A DNA stretch of 32,000 nt, from positions 40,687 through 72,686 of the forward strand of contig CAYZRF010000007.1 of assembly GCA_964480775.1 (NCBI GenBank). The letters run 5' to 3'. The translations under genes were made by a program, and so were the position numbers. Shown here one piece after another: positions 26,857 through 32,000 of the stretch. This stretch comes from an uncultured Nitrososphaerota archaeon. Its GTDB lineage: Archaea > Korarchaeota > Korarchaeia > Korarchaeales > Korarchaeaceae. Each line of letters opens with the position of its first letter. Position 1 is the stretch's first letter. The notes beneath the pieces were generated by a model. The model did not search any database and was not told where the DNA came from. It saw only the letters and a program-made list of their open reading frames with translations.

Positions 26857-28251
26857 TCATCTACGAACTGCAAAGAAAAACCTACCTATTTCAATAACTT
26901 CGTCTACATCCTCAGGAAGCCCATACCTACCTCCTTCCTTCAAATAGACAAATAAAGCAGGTCTCTCATACTTAATTTTCTCAAAAACAGGCTTCCAAAT
27001 CCTTGGATCCGATACCTCTCCATACATTGCTCGGTCCGTTTTCTTCCCAGTAAAGACGTAGAGCATCTCCCCAACCCAACCCCTGTTCACATGAACAGCT
27101 TCTAATTCCCTAAATTCTGAGTTGATTATCTGAACTATCCTCTTGACGTCTTCCCCCAGCAAGGAGTAGTCTCCACGGGAGAGAATCATGATTTCTTCCC
27201 TCAATCCGCTAGGAACCCAGCCCTTCATCACCTTTCCTTTTGACAACATGATTCCAGGCTGGAACAGTACGGAGCATGCTAGAATGACGGAAGCTATGGC
27301 AACCTTTCTCACCTTGCTATGCTTGGAAATATTGTAAAGTGGAGATGAAGCTAACATGGCCCATATCAATGAGGAATGGGCCCAGAACCTTCGTCCATAG
27401 AGTAAAAAGGATGGAGAAAAACCTAGAAGGCAGGACACGGCTAAAAGGTCGGCTTTTTCTTGGCTTTCAATGGTCTTGAGGGCACCTAGAAACCCTAGGA
27501 CTGTGATTGCCGATAAGATGAGGGGTCTATCCCCTCCCACCAGCCTAGATCCAACCTTTATCCAACTCACGTTGTTTAGCACGTGTAATCCCCAAGGCAA
27601 GAACAAGAGCATGGATCCAAGGAAAAATCGTCTGTATAAAGCAAAGTACTCCCTATTAGTGAGAGAAAAGATAAACAAGCCCAAAAGAAACAGATAAGGT
27701 ATCCCAAGGTGAGTGTAGAGAGATAAACTCATCATCAGAATGCCTGGTATGAGTTTCTTTTCGTAGAAGTAAGCTGTTGCTAAGAACGCGAAACCACTAG
27801 CTAGAACCGATGGGAGCAATCCTCTATGAACCCCGAAAAATATGGGATCCATACAGATTATGAGGAAGGCTAAGAATTCCCTCCATGGGTTCCTGTATAT
27901 CTTTGAAAAGCTTAACAGAGCCAAACCCGCTGATATGGGTAGCATTAGAGCATTAAACACCTTTCCTCCCGCTAAGACGTTACCTCTAAAGGGAATTGAG
28001 AGAAGAGCTACGCATACGTGCAGGAAAGGCGGATAAAGGTGGGGTCTTCCCACAGGATAATACTCCCAATCAGCGTATAATGGAATCCTTCTCTTGCTAA
28101 GAATGTTCTTGGCAACGGCCATGTGATACCAACAATCTACACCACCAGGTCCTTTTCTGATGTTCAACAAAGAAACCACTAAGATCGCGCCGAAGAGAGA
28201 GACGGAAGCAATTCTCCAGGAAGATGGTTTTTTCATTCCTATCTTCACCAA
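26857..28251 (-). CDS. Polytopic membrane protein, ArnT/PMT_2-like GT-C candidate; paralog of 1603..3780
   Basis: GGVDCWYHM, WEYYPVGRPHLYPPFLH, LYTHLGIPYLFLLGL, LFLPWGLHVLNN and LYVFTGKKTDRAMYGEV align collinearly with FGFDTPYHL, YYEFAPVGRPQLYPPFEH, LYSHLGMPYTIILSL, LFLPWMLHIFNN and ITLLTGRRTDHGMYPEV of the 725-aa protein. Confidence 0.7.
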   Translation of the reverse strand: MVKIGMKKPSSWRIASVSLFGAILVVSLLNIRKGPGGVDCWYHMAVAKNILSKRRIPLYADWEYYPVGRPHLYPPFLHVCVALLSIPFRGNVLAGGKVFNALMLPISAGLALLSFSKIYRNPWREFLAFLIICMDPIFFGVHRGLLPSVLASGFAFLATAYFYEKKLIPGILMMSLSLYTHLGIPYLFLLGLFIFSLTNREYFALYRRFFLGSMLLFLPWGLHVLNNVSWIKVGSRLVGGDRPLILSAITVLGFLGALKTIESQEKADLLAVSCLLGFSPSFLLYGRRFWAHSSLIWAMLASSPLYNISKHSKVRKVAIASVILACSVLFQPGIMLSKGKVMKGWVPSGLREEIMILSRGDYSLLGEDVKRIVQIINSEFRELEAVHVNRGWVGEMLYVFTGKKTDRAMYGEVSDPRIWKPVFEKIKYERPALFVYLKEGGRYGLPEDVDEVIEIGRFFFAVRR

Positions 28252-28292
28252 AACGGTAGACTAATTCTTTCGGTGCTAAATGTCGGTAACAA

Positions 28293-28901
28293 TTAGACTA
28301 TTCTAACAACCTCATCCAACTTTTTCCTCGGTCTTGGATTAGATTGTTTCAAGGGTCTCCCTAAAGGTAAAATGGCAATAAGCTTACATCCTTCAGGCGG
28401 TTTTAAGACGTTATTAAACTCATCTTCCAAGAAATTCACGACTCCTATCCAGCATGTTCCTAAACCTAAAGCTGTAGCTGCTAATGAAATATTCTCTATT
28501 GCTGCCGAAACACTTTCAATTCCCCACAGCTCCTCTATCTCAGAATAATCCTTCCTCAATCCTACTTTGTCCAGTCTAAGGAACGCTGCAATGTATACTG
28601 GGGCACGATACATGCCCTGATTGAGTCTTTCTTGGAGTTTTTTCAATGTTCGCTGATCTATTGACTCACTTCCTGCTTTTGCTTTCGTATAGTAATATAC
28701 ATGAGCCTCTTTCAGGAGTTCCCAAATTTTCCTACCTAATTCATTGTCCTTGACGACTACGAAGAACCACTGTTCCATCGCCATAGCTGTTGGAGCCCTT
28801 ATTCCGGCCTCTAGGATCTTTCTAATTATGGATTCATCTAAAGAATCCTGTTTGAACCATCTGACACTTTTCCTTACATTTATGGCATCGAATAAATCCA
28901 A
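28293..28901 (-). CDS. Nitroreductase-family (FMN-dependent) oxidoreductase
   Basis: LFDAINVRKSVRWF...IIRKILEAGIRAPTAMAMEQWFFVVV...CWIG is typical of the family. I prefer the TTG start at 28901 (MDLFDAI), which has the SD GGGAGGA 7 nt upstream. The ATG at 28997 adds 32 residues that do not resemble the family. Confidence 0.8.
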   Translation of the reverse strand: MDLFDAINVRKSVRWFKQDSLDESIIRKILEAGIRAPTAMAMEQWFFVVVKDNELGRKIWELLKEAHVYYYTKAKAGSESIDQRTLKKLQERLNQGMYRAPVYIAAFLRLDKVGLRKDYSEIEELWGIESVSAAIENISLAATALGLGTCWIGVVNFLEDEFNNVLKPPEGCKLIAILPLGRPLKQSNPRPRKKLDEVVRIV

Positions 28902-29075
28902 GATACCTTCCTCCCGATGATAAGTGATTTTGATGCCCTGTACTAAATTAATAACATTAACAGGGATGTGAATGTGAACTCCAATGGCAAGATGCATTCG
29001 ATGCTACTTCTTGACAAAGGAGAGTTGTATATGTGTGGTTTCCTTTGCATCTTAATAGTTATTTAGAAACCCTAA

Positions 29076-29966
29076 ATGCAAGTCTGGGGCATGTTTAAGC
29101 AAAAAGTAATCAGAATAATGCCAGACCCGAAGTTTTTCTTGCTTATGATTGCGGTTCTTGTGTCTTCAACTAGTAGCATATTGACAAAACTAAGTTCAGC
29201 TCCATCCTTGATAATAGCGTCCTACAGGCTTGGAATAGCCGCCATTATAATGGGATTTCTTGCAATACCATCTACAAATCAGATTTTGGAGCTTAACAGA
29301 GATCAGGTTCTCGTGCTCGTTGTTTCTGGAGCGTCTCTTGCTCTTCATTTTTGGTCCTGGATAGGCTCACTTAAGCTCATTCCAGTAGCAACTAGTGTTG
29401 TATTGGTGGATTCCGCTCCAATATCGGCAGGTATTATGTCAAGACTAATACTGAGAGAGCCGCCCTCAAAAAAAGAGTGGTTAGGAATTTTTATGGGTGT
29501 AGTAGGAGCCCTTGTCGTTGTTGGCAAACCTCAACGAGGGGGGTCTATCTTTGGAGCTTTTTTAGCATTAATCGGATCCATAGCTTTTTCAATTTACTTG
29601 ATATCAGGGAGATATCTAAGAAAAACGCTTGATACGATCCCTTATGCCGCTACAGTCTATGGGATCGCTTCTCTCATCCTATTATCAATTACAATGGGTT
29701 CAAGAATTCCACTATCAGGGTACAATACAAGAGAATTTCTAATTTTTCTTGCTCTTGCTGTTGGACCTTCTTGTTTGGCTCACACCTCTTACAACTACGC
29801 TCTAAAGCATTTAAAGGCACACGGGGTATCAATAACTATTCTTGGTGAGCCTATTGGAGCCACTTTGCTGGCATGGATTCTATTAAATGAGCCTCCAGGC
29901 ACGGGGGTAATCCTAGGAGGGATCATGATAATAATTGGCTCAATACTTACGCTAAAAGAAGAATGA
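29076..29966 (+). CDS. EamA/DMT-superfamily transporter
   Basis: The protein has about 10 TM helices in two EamA-like halves (SSILTKLS...ASYRLGIAAIIM and a second half ending ILGEPIGATLLAWILLNEP). The exact start among three in-frame ATGs is uncertain. Confidence 0.85.
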   Translation: MQVWGMFKQKVIRIMPDPKFFLLMIAVLVSSTSSILTKLSSAPSLIIASYRLGIAAIIMGFLAIPSTNQILELNRDQVLVLVVSGASLALHFWSWIGSLKLIPVATSVVLVDSAPISAGIMSRLILREPPSKKEWLGIFMGVVGALVVVGKPQRGGSIFGAFLALIGSIAFSIYLISGRYLRKTLDTIPYAATVYGIASLILLSITMGSRIPLSGYNTREFLIFLALAVGPSCLAHTSYNYALKHLKAHGVSITILGEPIGATLLAWILLNEPPGTGVILGGIMIIIGSILTLKEE

Positions 29967-29982
29967 TGAACTTGAATTATCC

Positions 29983-30777
29983 TCATCTATAAGGGAATTT
30001 CTCCATATAATCTCTGCTATTCTCGTTTTTCTTGTTGATTTTATTTTGGTTAATCATATTTTTCAGCTTTTTCAGGCTAAGAGACATGTATTCATCATCA
30101 AAACAAATTACATCCATTGTTATAGTTCTTAGCTTGGGACACATGAGCGCTTCTTTAATCAAAGGCCCAAAATTAGTGCTTCCCATACCCAAGGGTAAGT
30201 GCAGATCCCACTCATCAGAACCTCCTCCGAAGTTATCATGGACATGAAGATGAATTATCCTGTTTGAAAACTCCCTTATGAACTGAAGAATTTCGGCTTC
30301 AGGGAAATACAAATGGGCGTGGCCTATGTCGAAACACATGTAAAAATCAGGAAAGAGCTGAAATACTTTTCTGAAAACGCTTCTTGACTCAGACTTGTTC
30401 TCAAGGGCCATAGGCACATCATAATCCTCCGAAATTCTCAATACATCATTAAGTAGTCTTTTCTTCATCCATAAAGAAGCGTGCTTACTCCCAAAAAGAT
30501 GGATAACGAAGGTTTTCCTATAGGAAGAGGAGCTTGATATGGCTTCTATAGCATCTTTTAACGCGTTGACCTCCTGCCAGTTGCGAGCAATCTCTGGCAT
30601 ATGGATTATAGGTATAGGCATAATTCGCTCTATTAGCTCTGTTTTATCAAGAAGCTCGTCTTCTCTAGGTAAAGGACAAGAGAGCTTTAACTCTATGTAA
30701 TCTGCACCCATATTTTTGAACTTAAACGCATCTTCTATAGGATCGGGGTCTAAACCTAAGGGGACCCCTACCTTCAT
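29983..30777 (-). CDS. Xylose-isomerase-like TIM-barrel protein (sugar phosphate isomerase/epimerase or AP-endonuclease-2 family)
   Basis: ADYIELKL, FDIGHAHL, IIHLHVHDN and WDLHLPLGMGSTNF match the metal-ligand pattern of the family. Confidence 0.75.
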   Translation of the reverse strand: MKVGVPLGLDPDPIEDAFKFKNMGADYIELKLSCPLPREDELLDKTELIERIMPIPIIHMPEIARNWQEVNALKDAIEAISSSSSYRKTFVIHLFGSKHASLWMKKRLLNDVLRISEDYDVPMALENKSESRSVFRKVFQLFPDFYMCFDIGHAHLYFPEAEILQFIREFSNRIIHLHVHDNFGGGSDEWDLHLPLGMGSTNFGPLIKEALMCPKLRTITMDVICFDDEYMSLSLKKLKNMINQNKINKKNENSRDYMEKFPYR

Positions 30778-30960
30778 ACTATTTGAGGTTTTATTCCCTT
30801 TTTAGATATATCAGCATTTCGTTGGAATAATCCCCACACTTTGACACCTAAAGAGCATGGAGAACCGCATCACATAATCGAACGATAGGCATCGTTGAAA
30901 TCGATCTTAATAGAAACAAACACATGCTGAAAATCACAATTGGGGGAATAGGAGATAAGA

Positions 30961-31470
30961 CTATCCTCTCTTTAACTCTTTGGGTCTTATTGGAAGTGCT
31001 ATGTCCTCGGGAACCAGTGATGGTTTCTCTTCAATTGTCTCAAGTACTAAAGAGGTAACTGTCTCAGTTACGCCAGGTACGGAATGGATTTTTTTGATGA
31101 TCTCATTTAATTCATCGCTATTACCTGCTAAGACCTTGATAATTACATCATAAATCCCTGTTATTGTGTAAACTTCAAGAACTCTCGAACCAAGAACCTC
31201 TCTTATCTCCTTTGCAACATCGCTGTGCTTTCCGGCTTGTGTCTTAATCATTATGATGTATTTGTACTCTTTTCCAAGTTTTGAGTGGTCCACAAGGGCT
31301 GTGTACCCAGTTACGATTCCAGCATCTTCTAGCTTCTTAACCTTCTTCATAACTCCTGCTGGGCTCATACCTAATTTCTTCGCTATCTCGGTGTATGTAA
31401 CTCGTCCGTTCTCAACCAACATCCTTAGGACGTTTATCTCCTTCTCCCCGATTCCTCTCTTCCTCTGCAT
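30961..31470 (-). CDS. Lrp/AsnC-family transcriptional regulator
   Basis: The HTH is RVTYTEIAKKLGMSPAGVMKKVKKLEDAGIV, followed by a C-terminal RAM/ACT-like domain (IIMIKTQAG...VYTITGIYDVIIKV). The SD GGTGAT lies 4 nt upstream of the ATG. Confidence 0.9.
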   Translation of the reverse strand: MQRKRGIGEKEINVLRMLVENGRVTYTEIAKKLGMSPAGVMKKVKKLEDAGIVTGYTALVDHSKLGKEYKYIIMIKTQAGKHSDVAKEIREVLGSRVLEVYTITGIYDVIIKVLAGNSDELNEIIKKIHSVPGVTETVTSLVLETIEEKPSLVPEDIALPIRPKELKRG

Positions 31471-31523
31471 TATATCACCAATTTCAATTAATTACTGAGG
31501 TAATCGTTAAAAAATGTTTCTTT

Positions 31524-31535
31524 TATAATATTATA
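31524..31535. promoter_or_regulatory. 12-nt perfect A/T palindrome TATAATATTATA upstream of the Lrp/AsnC gene (TATA box and/or autoregulatory site)
   Basis: Read directly from the sequence. It lies 54-65 nt upstream of the ATG at 31470 on the minus strand. Confidence 0.3.
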
Positions 31536-31741
31536 GCAATAACTGATTTAATTTTTTACCCTAGCAGCTCTCGTTATTCTCATCTATGGCATGAGTGAAA
31601 AATTCAGAGCTGACCACTTCTCTGAATAAAACCATAGCCAGAGCGATATGTGTGCGAGGTTTATAACATTGTAATCCTTTGAACTACCTAAAAGATGCTC
31701 CAAACTCCTAATCGTCTCAAAATTCCATCTCTTTAAATCAA

Positions 31742-32000
31742 TTAACCATACTTGCTTGCAAAAATTATCATAGCAATGAATCCTGTCAAGCCAGTAACCA
31801 TGCTGTACGTGAAAGCCCCTTTAGCACCAAAGATATCCCAGAGATGTCCGAACAAGACATTTGCCATGATACTGCAAAGCCCGACAACTATGTAATAGAG
31901 ACCATACGCTGTTCCTTTAAGCTCTGAAGGTCCAAATCTAGCGACAACAGCTCTTTGGACAGTTTCTATGATTCCAATATAAGATCCGAATAAAATAGCT
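31742..32000 (-). CDS. C-terminal fragment of an MFS-type transporter; the 5' end lies beyond the right edge
   Basis: This ORF is absent from the track. My minus-strand translation is AILFGSYIGIIETVQRAVVARFGPSELKGTAYGLYYIVVGLCSIMANVLFGHLWDIFGAKGAFTYSMVTGLTGFIAMIIFASKYG*, with the stop TAA at 31744..31742. This matches the pattern of the last two TM helices of many MFS proteins. Confidence 0.5.
   Translation of the reverse strand, partial: AILFGSYIGIIETVQRAVVARFGPSELKGTAYGLYYIVVGLCSIMANVLFGHLWDIFGAKGAFTYSMVTGLTGFIAMIIFASKYG

Noticed and set aside
28902-29075. Short inverted repeats (CCCTGT...ACAGGG and TTGCAT...ATGCAA) and short direct repeats in the nitroreductase/EamA divergent region
   Set aside because: The arms are only 6 nt long with 20-25-nt spacers, which is within chance expectation for an A/T-rich region of about 170 bp. 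No partner regulator is implied.
31584-31637. C/D-box sRNA-like arrangement: CTATGGC, ATGAGTGA, CTGA, CTGA, CCATAG
   Set aside because: The C-like box has an extra base relative to RUGAUGA, and there is no C' box. The box-to-box span is only about 35 nt, shorter than archaeal C/D sRNAs, and the flanking complementarity is not adjacent to the boxes.

Overview
The window looks like a gene-dense archaeal chromosomal segment. Supporting signs are Shine-Dalgarno motifs of the GGTGAT/GGAGG type, A/T-rich TATA-like boxes about 25-30 nt upstream of first genes, a Cdc48/VCP ATPase, and Phr-like and Lrp/AsnC regulators. The charged, E/K/I-rich proteins suggest a thermophile. I support about 35 protein-coding genes. 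I saw no rRNA, tRNA, CRISPR array, transposase or integrase. From left to right the content is: (1) an operon of an ArnT/PMT-like polytopic membrane protein, a small Cys-rich protein and a secreted transglutaminase-fold protease, the last missing from the ORF track and running off the left edge; (2) a YkgJ-type Cys-cluster protein, a DtxR/MntR-type repressor and an ABC-2-type exporter with an extra bitopic membrane protein; (3) a Bat-like module (DUF58, a TM/helical protein, two VWA proteins) whose MoxR ATPase lies 1.7 kb away behind a double-PRC-barrel gene and an SDR gene; (4) two divergent TauE/SafE permeases plus DUF1634; (5) a PadR-ABC-ABC2 exporter operon with a perfect 21-bp palindromic operator candidate; (6) a Phr-like regulator, Hsp20 and Cdc48 heat-shock cluster; (7) an orphan 404-aa protein of unknown family; (8) a clan GH-A glycoside hydrolase, an orphan encapsulated-ferritin-like protein, a second copy of the ArnT/PMT-like membrane protein, a nitroreductase, an EamA transporter, a TIM-barrel isomerase-like protein, Lrp/AsnC and a partial MFS transporter. 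No single component is unmistakably a new system. The best candidates for follow-up are the split MoxR/DUF58/VWA neighbourhood with its uncharacterised partners, the paralogous GT-C-like proteins with the protease operon, the DtxR-ABC-2 pairing, and the orphan 404-aa protein. All family calls come from motif recognition by eye, not from database searches.
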